IMG/VR virus record: IMGVR_UViG_3300042882_000813
DNA from: an uncultured virus (IMG/VR IMGVR_UViG_3300042882_000813)
Taxonomy: Duplodnaviria; Heunggongvirae; Uroviricota; Caudoviricetes
DNA: 64,000 nucleotides
Reading direction: 5' to 3' (one strand)
Below are positions 1 to 7,721 of this stretch, piece by piece. The notes under the pieces were generated by a model, which made no database searches, had not been told where the DNA came from, and saw only the letters and a program-made list of their open reading frames with translations. Numbering within the stretch: the stretch's first letter is position 1; each line of letters opens with the position of its first letter. Made by a program: the position numbers and the translations under genes.

Positions 1-2
1 AA

Positions 3-120
3 TCTGTGATAAGACCTTAAGATTTACAAATTCGTAGGTCACCCATTCTTTACTACCTAAAACTCGCACTCCCGTCGGGATAGTCTGCTGTAATAGGTCT
101 ATCTGCTATCTTATCACAGA
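3..120 (-). ncRNA. candidate structured ncRNA (closed by a 12-bp terminal stem)
   Basis: Perfect inverted repeat TCTGTGATAAGA (3-14) / TCTTATCACAGA (109-120) encloses about 95 nt with internal hairpins; no ORF. Strand inferred from neighbouring RNAs. Confidence 0.4.
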
Positions 121-150
121 ATAAATTTATAAACCCAAGAGAAGGAATCT

Positions 151-248
151 GCGGACGTGTATAGGATTACTTTTTCTACCTTCTATCCATCCGGGTCTCT
201 CACCCGACGATACTTTACTACAAATAAATTCGTAGTTCCATCCTCCGC
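151..248 (-). ncRNA. candidate multibranch structured ncRNA
   Basis: Minus strand: GCGGA/TCCGC and GGAT/ATCC closing stems, hairpin CTACGAA-TTTA-TTTGTAG, hairpin CGGGT-GAGAG-ACCCG. Confidence 0.4.
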
Positions 249-267
249 CAAATTACGGTTTACTTTG

Positions 268-342
268 CGACTAGAGATGGAATCGAACCACCGGCACACC
301 ATTGTTCCCAATGATTGCTCTACCCGCTGAGCTATCGTAGTC
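268..342 (-). tRNA. non-canonical tRNA-like RNA (no readable anticodon; pseudo/Undet)
   Basis: GACTACGA-TA-GCTC AGCGGGTA GAGC-A-ATCATTG GGAA CAATGGT-GTGCC-GGTGG TTCGATT CCATC-TCTAGTC-G. Good D and T arms, bulged acceptor stem, anticodon arm with an 8-nt loop or a 7-bp stem plus GGAA; no encoded CCA. Confidence 0.75.
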
Positions 343-353
343 ATATAAAAAAA

Positions 354-426
354 TGTGGGTGTATGCTCTACCACCTGAGCTACGGATAAATCCGGAGGGA
401 TTTGAAACCTCGACACAACACCCACA
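354..426 (-). ncRNA. circularly permuted tRNA-like RNA (T arm - closed acceptor hairpin - D arm); YrlA/Y-RNA-like topology
   Basis: TGTGGGTGT-T-GTGTC-GAGGT TTCAAAT CCCTC-CGGA TTTA TCCG-TA-GCTC AGGTGGTA GAGC-A-T-ACACCCACA; a 9-bp closing stem occupies the anticodon-stem position. Confidence 0.7.
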
Positions 427-464
427 CCAATCTTTCAATATTTTTATGAACTTTATTTCTTCGA

Positions 465-496
465 CAAAGGTAAAACTTTAATTTTGATTTGTCAAA
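465..496 (-). promoter_or_regulatory. Bacteroidota primary-sigma-type promoter (TTTG-N20-TACCTTTG)
   Basis: Matches the -33 TTTG / -7 TAnnTTTG consensus; points into the tRNA-like elements. Confidence 0.7.
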
Positions 497-516
497 AACT
501 TTAACACTTTTTTTCA

Positions 517-570
517 AAAAAAAAACCCACACACATAAATTCTCTCGAACATACATCTGTGGGATATATG
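517..570 (-). ncRNA. candidate ~50-nt hairpin sRNA / intrinsic terminator
   Basis: CCCACA...TTC GAGA GAA...TGTGGG followed by a T9 run, directly downstream of promoter 576-607. Confidence 0.45.
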
Positions 571-575
571 TTTCA

Positions 576-607
576 CAAAGGTAAAAAATAGTTTTGACAC
601 TATCAAA
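576..607 (-). promoter_or_regulatory. Bacteroidota-type promoter (TTTG-N20-TACCTTTG)
   Basis: caaaggta 576-583 and caaa 604-607 on the + strand. Confidence 0.7.
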
Positions 608-717
608 TTTTTTATGAAACTTTTGTTGGGGTGTTTTGGTTCTCTCGAACCGTGAGACAATAAATATCTCCTAACATCACCAAAAGTCAACACCTTTGTT
701 ATTTTTTTTTTAATTTG

Positions 718-830
718 TAGTCAGGACAGGACTCGAACCTGTAAGGTATAACCACTAAAACGTGGAGATGGAGGTCAATCCCTCTTTTACAATACCAACC
801 TGTGAGCGTTTACCATTCCGCCACCCGACT
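718..830 (-). ncRNA. tRNA-like RNA with Leu-type D arm and an expanded, non-anticodon central domain
   Basis: Acceptor AGTCGGG/CCTGACT, D arm GCG GAATGGTAAA CGC, T arm ACAGG TTCGAGT CCTGT; about 62-nt centre with GGTAT/ATACC, GAGG/CCTC and CCAC/GTGG stems. Confidence 0.75.
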
Positions 831-975
831 ATTTTGATGTCTTTCCATCAGTCACCCTTTAGATTATGCTCTCTGGACTTTATGGGTAAGCCCTGTTAAC
901 CGTAAGCATTTCGGTCTGTCTGCAACTTAACATAAACTTGTGACAGATTTTCCTTATCGTTTATGCCTTGCTAAG

Positions 976-1077
976 TAGTCAGGACAGGATTCGAACCTGT
1001 TCCGTCTTTGCCATAAAGAGTCGGCCTTACCGTTACTCAACCTTGGGGAGGTGATACCAACCAATGGTCTCCTGACT
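976..1077 (-). ncRNA. tRNA-like RNA, paralogue of 718-830 with a different central domain
   Basis: Acceptor AGTCAGG/CCTGACT, T arm ACAGG TTCGAAT CCTGT; 975-1000 matches 717-742 at 25/26 nt. Confidence 0.7.
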
Positions 1078-1232
1078 ATGTTTCGTTAATGTTAAAAACT
1101 GACTCAATCTTCCTAAAAAACATTAACTTCCTACTTACTCTATTATAGGCTCGGCCGTCCTCTTTTAAATATAGTTTTACCTGAACCTTCTTCGGGTTGT
1201 TGATTGACCACTCCCGCTTACTCAAGTAGTTT

Positions 1233-1487
1233 TTACATACTCATCATCCAACCCATTCGGTTTTGTGCTTGATACTGAGAATAAGTACATTTTCTCATTG
1301 ACTTATAATCAGGTCTCAACTTAACGTGTGTTGGATATTTCTTTTCGTGAACTTTTTGTTCTCTCATGACCTTGGCATATGCCTCTCTCTTACTCGGAGC
1401 CCAAACATCATTAAATCCCCCGCCAATCCAATTAAATAGATAAAGGTATTCTCCGTTAACGCTTCTGTATAATTTCTCTTTAGTCAT
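1233..1487 (-). CDS. hypothetical protein
   Basis: 84-aa ORF directly downstream of a Bacteroidota-type promoter. Confidence 0.7.
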   Translation of the reverse strand: MTKEKLYRSVNGEYLYLFNWIGGGFNDVWAPSKREAYAKVMREQKVHEKKYPTHVKLRPDYKSMRKCTYSQYQAQNRMGWMMSM

Positions 1488-1508
1488 ATCTTATCCGTTT
1501 TGTGAGTA

Positions 1509-1539
1509 CAAAGATACAACTAATTTTGGTATTGCCAAA
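1509..1539 (-). promoter_or_regulatory. Bacteroidota-type promoter (TTTG-N19-TATCTTTG)
   Basis: caaagata 1509-1516, caaa 1536-1539. Confidence 0.7.
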
Positions 1540-1550
1540 TAAAATTTAAA

Positions 1551-1973
1551 TTATTTTTCCATTACGTGTGTAATGAGTTTGTGTAGTTGGGTTCCGGTTC
1601 TTTCCGGTCTTACTTGATTAAGTGTGAAGTAATTCCAATCTGTATGTTCATCCCCATCCATGGCATTTTCAAAATCAGGTTCAAGTTCAGTATCAACATC
1701 TAATTGATATACATACATAATACCCCTAATTTCTTTTCCATCTCTACTAGTACGAGGAACCATTCCAACAAATGTTAAGTCCATATCATCAATATCGATG
1801 TCAGTTTCTTCAAAGAATTCACGTTTACCACAATCCATGGTTGACTCTCCTTTTTCAAGGTGTCCACCAGGTAATGACCACATTCCCGGATATAAACTTT
1901 TAGAGTTTCGTTTACATAGTAAAACTTTATTACCACATTTTACTAAAACTCCGACATACCTTTTGATTCCCAT
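1551..1973 (-). CDS. NUDIX hydrolase
   Basis: Nudix box GGHLEKGESTMDCGKREFFEETDI; the ATG at 1973 (MGIKRY) avoids overlap with the divergent gene. Confidence 0.9.
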   Translation of the reverse strand: MGIKRYVGVLVKCGNKVLLCKRNSKSLYPGMWSLPGGHLEKGESTMDCGKREFFEETDIDIDDMDLTFVGMVPRTSRDGKEIRGIMYVYQLDVDTELEPDFENAMDGDEHTDWNYFTLNQVRPERTGTQLHKLITHVMEK

Positions 1974-1985
1974 ATATTTATTGTT

Positions 1986-2333
1986 ATGAATGTTAAAATT
2001 AATCAAAATATTTTCAAAGTCAAAACTCTCACTGATGAGAGGTCCCAAGCCATTGGCATGATGGGAAAAACGTTTGACAAATCTTTCGAAGGTTTGCTAT
2101 TCCTAATGGGAGGTAACAAACAATGTTTTTGGATGAAGAATTGTATTATACCATTAGATATAATTATCATCCGTAATAATGTTATCGTAAATATCCACCA
2201 TAATTGTCCTCCGTGTGAAGGTGAAGAATGTTCAAGTTATTGTGGTAACGGTAATATTGTACTCGAACTTGAAGGTGGTACTTGCGAAATGTTAAACATC
2301 GAAGCGGGTGATGTTATAGATTACTTAGTCTAA
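1986..2333 (+). CDS. DUF192 family protein
   Basis: GMM...GLLF...FWMKNCIIPLDIIII...VLELEGG pattern. Confidence 0.85.
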   Translation: MNVKINQNIFKVKTLTDERSQAIGMMGKTFDKSFEGLLFLMGGNKQCFWMKNCIIPLDIIIIRNNVIVNIHHNCPPCEGEECSSYCGNGNIVLELEGGTCEMLNIEAGDVIDYLV

Positions 2334-3733
2334 TTATCACCCTTCGATTGTTGTATCTTCTCTTTTAATACTTTTTGTAATTGACCTGCAATCATTTTTG
2401 TGAACTTAACCGTTGGCGAATCATCAGACTCATTATATCTGTGACTTCCTTTTGGTGGTCGAGTACTTCTTCCAAGATAATTCAACCCTGAAATATTCGT
2501 AATACATTTGTGACCTCCGGAATTCGCTTGAATCAATTCCCAAGCATTGATGGTAATCTTATCCAACATTGCTCGATGTTCTTCACTCAATTCTGAAAAT
2601 GGTACTTCCATCATTTGTTGAATATGTCTCAACGCCTTTTCACCATTTTCTACCGACTTAAACTTATCACCATATAACGCCTTGAAATCTTTGAATGTGA
2701 AACCAACACTTTCAGGACCTACACCTGTCTCACTTACCCATTTGATAGTTGATAAAGGTATATCCCTAGTTTTTAATTGGTCCTCCCATTTCGATAAAAC
2801 TTCTTGGGCAATCTCACCCAAGTTAACCCCTTTAAGTTCTCGTTCTTTCTTGAATGGATTACAAGATGCCTGAACAAGTCCCAATGGCCACGCCATGATA
2901 AGAAAGTCTGCTTCAGGATTATTTCTAAATGGGGTGTATCTATCATAAGACCCAGGCTTAAACATGCTACCCCCACCATATTGGAAGATAATGTTGTCGC
3001 TGACATTTGGATATCCTTGCATCGATGTTTTATAGTCTTCTGCATTTTTTTGTAATAGTTCCGGTTTAACGGCATTTGTTTTTGTCATCCATTCCTTAAT
3101 ATTTGTAAGGATAGACATTAATGATGGCTCCGAATTCATAACTAAACCTTCTAAAAATCCCGGTTTGTTTTTGAACGCCAATATGAGTTTGTTAACAACA
3201 AACCCCAATAACATTTTGTTTCTCTGTAATGGTTTCTCTTTATCAAATCTAAACAAATAATTCACAACTTCATCAGGTGAGATGTCGTGTTTTGCAAAGT
3301 CCGCTGAGTCCACGGTTGATATTAGTAAGATATCAGAAGAAGGAAACAATTCTTTTGGTGAAACTACTTGAGAAATTGTTTCAACATTTGAACGAGATTG
3401 TCTAAAAGAAGTTGATTTGGTTTCTTCCGCCCCTGCTTGTCTATCGTGATGGTCTGTATGGATAACAAACATTGGTTTTCCGTGAGCAAAATCAACTAAG
3501 ACCGGCATAGTGTCACCTTGAGCATCATTCTTCTTTACAGAGAACTCTTTATCTCCATATTGAATAACGTGAGCATCTACAACATCAATACCGTTATCTT
3601 CAAGGTATTTCTTCATTGCAATTGCCGTGGTAACCCCATCCAAATCTTGGTGAAAATATATTTCGGCTTTAGGGTATCGTTGGGACAATTTTTTAATGTC
3701 CCTGATACCACTTTCTTTTATTAGTTTTTTCAT
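2330..3733 (-). CDS. DHH-family phosphoesterase-like protein
   Basis: HQDLDG, LVDF, HTDHH, VDSA motifs and a C-terminal SGGH. Confidence 0.75.
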   Translation of the reverse strand: MKKLIKESGIRDIKKLSQRYPKAEIYFHQDLDGVTTAIAMKKYLEDNGIDVVDAHVIQYGDKEFSVKKNDAQGDTMPVLVDFAHGKPMFVIHTDHHDRQAGAEETKSTSFRQSRSNVETISQVVSPKELFPSSDILLISTVDSADFAKHDISPDEVVNYLFRFDKEKPLQRNKMLLGFVVNKLILAFKNKPGFLEGLVMNSEPSLMSILTNIKEWMTKTNAVKPELLQKNAEDYKTSMQGYPNVSDNIIFQYGGGSMFKPGSYDRYTPFRNNPEADFLIMAWPLGLVQASCNPFKKERELKGVNLGEIAQEVLSKWEDQLKTRDIPLSTIKWVSETGVGPESVGFTFKDFKALYGDKFKSVENGEKALRHIQQMMEVPFSELSEEHRAMLDKITINAWELIQANSGGHKCITNISGLNYLGRSTRPPKGSHRYNESDDSPTVKFTKMIAGQLQKVLKEKIQQSKGDN

Positions 3734-3734
3734 A

Positions 3735-4082
3735 TTACATTTCAGGCATAATCACAATGGCAAGTACATCACCACTCTTCAAACCTTTAGTTAATGCACA
3801 ACCTTTATTAATTCTAATAAGGTCGTCAACACTTGTTACTCCAGGGTGTTTTGAAGCAATACCACTTAATGTGTCACCTGATTTAACCTTAAGTAATTTA
3901 ACATTGTAACCATAAGCAGATTGAAGTCGTTTTGGGTCACCAAAACAATATTTACCCCCCATTTCAGGTTTAATTTTTTCCATTTGAACATCAACTGCTT
4001 TTTGTCGGTTCATCTGTTCTTCAATGACTCTTTTAACAATTCTATTTAAGTCAGATTCTGTTAATCTTATAATTTTTGCCAT
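3735..4082 (-). CDS. LysM-domain protein with an N-terminal leader
   Basis: KVKSGDTLSGIASKH...SVDDLIRIN...LKSGDVL. Confidence 0.85.
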   Translation of the reverse strand: MAKIIRLTESDLNRIVKRVIEEQMNRQKAVDVQMEKIKPEMGGKYCFGDPKRLQSAYGYNVKLLKVKSGDTLSGIASKHPGVTSVDDLIRINKGCALTKGLKSGDVLAIVIMPEM

Positions 4083-4107
4083 ATTTTTTTTTATTATTAT
4101 TTTTATA

Positions 4108-5169
4108 TTACATTCCCGGTATTGGGTTTAAAGAACCCACTAACATACTTTTTAACATTTTATTAAATGGGTCATCTTCAATGCCATTACTTGAACTAGA
4201 GTTTGATGTAGATGGTGACGATTGTACCGGCTTAGGAGTTTCAGGTGACACACTTCCCATATCTTCCTTCCAATATTGTTGTCCCTCAGCAGTTTTTGAA
4301 TATTCAATCATTTTCTGTTTAACATTTTCCTCCCCCATCTTTTTAGATAAATCCTCAGGACCAACAAAGTTTGCAACTCCTAAATAATCAAGTAACCCTG
4401 CGTAGAATTTAGTTTTTCTCATTAATCCAGTTAATTCTCTATTTCTAAGAGATGCACCTGGCCAAACATATTTCGCCATAAATCCAGGGTCCGTCATTTT
4501 ATAATCCCTTAATGTTCGACTACTTTTACCTAATTGAGTTTGAAATGTTTTCATAAGAGCTGTTGCTGTCGCAGGGTCTGCGGATTTAACTCTTTTTGCT
4601 AAATTAGCTGTTACTGCACCAACATTTTTTCTTTGTTTTGCAACCCCAACAAATAAATCAATCCAATCCATTAATAATTTTCTTAAACCTCCGGTTAATT
4701 TACCACCAGGTATTTTATCAATAATTTGTTTTAATTTACCACCCCAACTTATTGAGGTGTCTAATAATTTGGCAAACATAGGTGATGCCTTACCCGCGTC
4801 CGCTAATATTTTACTCGCATCTGCAGTACTACCACCTTTTTTAACAATTTTCATCGCACTATTCACTCCTCTCATGGTTTTACTTCCTTTAGATACTCCC
4901 ATAATTGGTTTTGCCACAGCATCACCAACATAAGGTATAATTGAAATCATTGATAAAAGTCCAAAAAAGTAATCACCTTGACGAATATAATCTAATCCAT
5001 TAATTAAATCCACAACACCTGTTGGGTCAAAAATACCCACCACATCACCTAATGTGTTCCACCATTCCTCATTCAATACTTGAGAGTTTTCATCATATAA
5101 TGTTTCACCCCCAAGACGTTTCTCTTGAATAGTTTTTAGTTGTGTTTCTGTTATAATGATATCCTTCAT
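4108..5169 (-). CDS. putative virion protein with a pre-toxin-TG-like helical segment
   Basis: DVVGIFDPTGVVDLING...GDYFFGLLSMISIIPYVGD; upstream TATTTATA motif. Confidence 0.55.
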   Translation of the reverse strand: MKDIIITETQLKTIQEKRLGGETLYDENSQVLNEEWWNTLGDVVGIFDPTGVVDLINGLDYIRQGDYFFGLLSMISIIPYVGDAVAKPIMGVSKGSKTMRGVNSAMKIVKKGGSTADASKILADAGKASPMFAKLLDTSISWGGKLKQIIDKIPGGKLTGGLRKLLMDWIDLFVGVAKQRKNVGAVTANLAKRVKSADPATATALMKTFQTQLGKSSRTLRDYKMTDPGFMAKYVWPGASLRNRELTGLMRKTKFYAGLLDYLGVANFVGPEDLSKKMGEENVKQKMIEYSKTAEGQQYWKEDMGSVSPETPKPVQSSPSTSNSSSSNGIEDDPFNKMLKSMLVGSLNPIPGM

Positions 5170-5201
5170 TTTTTGTTTTAATTATAAATATCAATACAAA
5201 C

Positions 5202-5227
5202 AAAAAAAAGGGTCTTATGACCCTTTT
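5202..5227. terminator. intrinsic terminator (bidirectional-looking)
   Basis: A-run-GGGTC ttat GACCC-T-run. Confidence 0.75.
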
Positions 5228-6079
5228 CTATTCTAATTCTAACTCAGTTTGATTTCTCTCCTCAATAAAATGTTTAATCCTATTCCTCGCTATCTCAACA
5301 TAGTTTGAACTATATTCTATCCCTAACCACCTACGACCTAATAATTCAGCACTAACCGCAGTAGTTCCACTACCCATGAAAGGGTCAAGAACAATATCAT
5401 TTTTATAACTTAAAATCTTAATTGCTTTTGATGGGATGTCCATTGAGAAGGTCGCTTTAGTTAATGATTTGGTATCTGCAAAATATTCCCATCTACCAAA
5501 AACTAAGTTCATAAACTCTTTCTTATCGTCATCATCATAAATGACTTTATCTTTTAAAGTACCATCTTCCAATGTTATTTTAGTATGACTACCTTCCCAT
5601 TGTGATTCACCCTTATTTAATTTCTTTTTTGATTTCTTGTACGCAAGTATCACACATTCTTTTGGGTTATAGATATAAGGACTACTAGCACTCATCCAAG
5701 AACCCCAAGCCGTCTGTCTAACTCTATGTGGTGAGTCTTCAGTAAGGTCAACCATTCCAAAGAATTGAAATCCAACCTCTTTCATCTTCATCCAAAATTC
5801 AGCATTGAATAGTATTCTTCCACCTCGTTCTTGAACATTCATTTCAATTGGAACATTTATTGCAACCCTTCCATCGTCTTTCAACACACGGAAAGCTTCA
5901 CTCAACCAATTAATTGTAAAATCCCAATACTCCTCCATTGATAACCCATCGTCATATTCATCATACTTGATGTTTGCATTATAGGGTGGAGATGTAACAA
6001 TCAAATCAACACAACCTTCGGGTAATGTTTTCATCACCTCAACACAATCTCCATTTATTATTTTACCCGTTTCTATCAT
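5228..6079 (-). CDS. DNA methyltransferase, beta class (probably N4-cytosine)
   Basis: TSPPY catalytic motif before the VLDPFMGSGTT SAM-binding motif. Confidence 0.9.
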   Translation of the reverse strand: MIETGKIINGDCVEVMKTLPEGCVDLIVTSPPYNANIKYDEYDDGLSMEEYWDFTINWLSEAFRVLKDDGRVAINVPIEMNVQERGGRILFNAEFWMKMKEVGFQFFGMVDLTEDSPHRVRQTAWGSWMSASSPYIYNPKECVILAYKKSKKKLNKGESQWEGSHTKITLEDGTLKDKVIYDDDDKKEFMNLVFGRWEYFADTKSLTKATFSMDIPSKAIKILSYKNDIVLDPFMGSGTTAVSAELLGRRWLGIEYSSNYVEIARNRIKHFIEERNQTELELE

Positions 6080-6429
6080 TATATTGAAATTGAATCTATT
6101 GTTTTGAAATTACCATTTTTGTAATTTTCATTAGGTGTTGATTCCCCTATTTGTAATTCACCTTCAAAATAGTTTTGATAAGAACCCCAATATTCTGTCA
6201 TTGACCCGTTTTGTAATTCATACAAAGCGTCTAATGTTTCCTCATCAAAAGGTAATTCCTCGTCATTTTCCATTCCTCCAACCCATCCGTCTAAATTATC
6301 GTAGATGTATTGTAAGAACTCTTCTTGAGTTTCTCCCTTAAAGTCAGGGAATTTTTCGCTATCTAACTCTACCGGAGTGTTTGCGTTATGAGATGTGTAA
6401 TACTCCGTTTTTCTTAAATGTGCTTTCAT
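6079..6429 (-). CDS. hypothetical protein
   Basis: 116-aa ORF, stop overlaps the next start. Confidence 0.75.
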   Translation of the reverse strand: MKAHLRKTEYYTSHNANTPVELDSEKFPDFKGETQEEFLQYIYDNLDGWVGGMENDEELPFDEETLDALYELQNGSMTEYWGSYQNYFEGELQIGESTPNENYKNGNFKTIDSISI

Positions 6430-6446
6430 ATTTTTGTTTTAATGGT

Positions 6447-7010
6447 TTATTCTTCTTCCAATTTTCTTTCTTCAATGACTTCAAGATAACTTTCGTATAA
6501 TGAATCTCGATGTTCGTATAAAGCATCGTACATCTCTTCCATATAATCATCATCTTCCCACACACGGTCAGAATCAACATCATCATAATCTTCGATATCG
6601 TCATAATCATATCCATACACAAAAGCACCTACCGGAGAATATCCTTCGTCTTCGTATGTTCCGTAAGCAACAATGTTCTTATCAAGTTCATTTAATACTT
6701 CAACCACTTTTTGGATATATTCAGTTGGAACATTCCAAGCGGTTTCAAGTACTAAATCAACCTCAGGAGTATATTCAACATCACCAAATTCAATCTTAAT
6801 CCATTTTGAACCAATGTTCTCATCCATCCATTCTCTATCCATATACTTGTCAGTATTATTGAATTCAGTCTTAAATAATTTATTAAAGTGTTCAACCACT
6901 TTAACCTCCGAACTATTTTCACCTTCAGTTTCAAACAATTCTTTAACTTTACCAAAAGTTTCTTCATTAAGATTTACAATCTTAACATAAGTTGTCATTG
7001 TATTTGCCAT
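6447..7010 (-). CDS. acidic protein, DUF1281/YubB ferredoxin-like-fold family (tentative)
   Basis: W-x3-NIGSKW...LETAWNVP...YEDEG pattern. Confidence 0.55.
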   Translation of the reverse strand: MANTMTTYVKIVNLNEETFGKVKELFETEGENSSEVKVVEHFNKLFKTEFNNTDKYMDREWMDENIGSKWIKIEFGDVEYTPEVDLVLETAWNVPTEYIQKVVEVLNELDKNIVAYGTYEDEGYSPVGAFVYGYDYDDIEDYDDVDSDRVWEDDDYMEEMYDALYEHRDSLYESYLEVIEERKLEEE

Positions 7011-7011
7011 A

Positions 7012-7314
7012 TTATTCTTTTAATTGGTATTCCCAACCATTTTCTTTTTTTATTGGTGTTATTTCTAAATCCAAAAACACCGCGTTTTGTTCACCTGCGT
7101 GTAATCCTAATATATTATAATCGTAAAACTCTTCAGCTTCACCCATAGTCATTAAATCTCTTTCTTGTAGGATGTTTAATATTCCTTGTTTTGAATACAA
7201 CATCTTTCTCCCCGGAGAACCAAAGTCCTCAACAATCCCAACGATTGCGCCTTCTAAACCATCCAATAGAACCGCATTTTCCGCGTATTCATCAATATCA
7301 ACCGTTACTCTCAT
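7012..7314 (-). CDS. hypothetical phage protein
   Basis: 100-aa ORF in the operon (DGLEGAIVG...EAEEFYDYNILG). Confidence 0.75.
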   Translation of the reverse strand: MRVTVDIDEYAENAVLLDGLEGAIVGIVEDFGSPGRKMLYSKQGILNILQERDLMTMGEAEEFYDYNILGLHAGEQNAVFLDLEITPIKKENGWEYQLKE

Positions 7315-7721
7315 AACTTACCATCCTTTTTCATTTGTTCTCTAATCTTGGTTGCAGAAATGTTCTTAATCTCATCAGGTGGTAAATGTTCTATAACATC
7401 ATACCCAACACCTCTACCAATATTAATACTATCAATATCCGGAATGACTTGAATTACCAATCGACCTTCGTCAATTAAATCTTTCAATTCATTGTTTAAG
7501 TTCTCAACAACCCATTCAGTTGAAAATGGATTCTTATCATCAATCTCAACATCTCTAACACAAAGTAATATATTTTTACCTCGTTCAAGTTGTTGGTCAA
7601 TTAAAGACCTGTGTCCATGGTGCCATGGTTGCCATCTTCCAACGAACATAGAATACTTCTTACTTGAAGATGATGACGCAAATGCCGCTTGTACGTGCGT
7701 CTTTCTTTCCCAATTACTCAT
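7311..7721 (-). CDS. HIGH-superfamily nucleotidyltransferase (cytidylyltransferase-like)
   Basis: FVGRWQPWHHGH and ISATKIR motifs. Confidence 0.85.
   Translation of the reverse strand: MSNWERKTHVQAAFASSSSSKKYSMFVGRWQPWHHGHRSLIDQQLERGKNILLCVRDVEIDDKNPFSTEWVVENLNNELKDLIDEGRLVIQVIPDIDSINIGRGVGYDVIEHLPPDEIKNISATKIREQMKKDGKL

Noticed and set aside
183..425. 80-aa ORF in the track
   Set aside because: It lies over two tRNA-like elements and structured RNA on the same strand, so it is most likely spurious.
459..465. GTCGAAG as a Y-RNA Ro-binding motif upstream of the permuted element
   Set aside because: It overlaps the -7 promoter box and has no complementary 3' strand.
718..830. Canonical tRNA-Leu
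   Set aside because: The D arm and A discriminator are Leu-like, but no 5-bp stem with a 7-nt anticodon loop can be drawn.
835..860. Hammerhead ribozyme (CTGATG...GAAA)
   Set aside because: The core reads CTGATGG with no stem II before GAAA; it does not fit.
717..1000. CRISPR array from the 26-nt repeat
   Set aside because: Only two copies, 258 nt apart, and both are explained by tRNA acceptor/T arms; no cas genes in the window.
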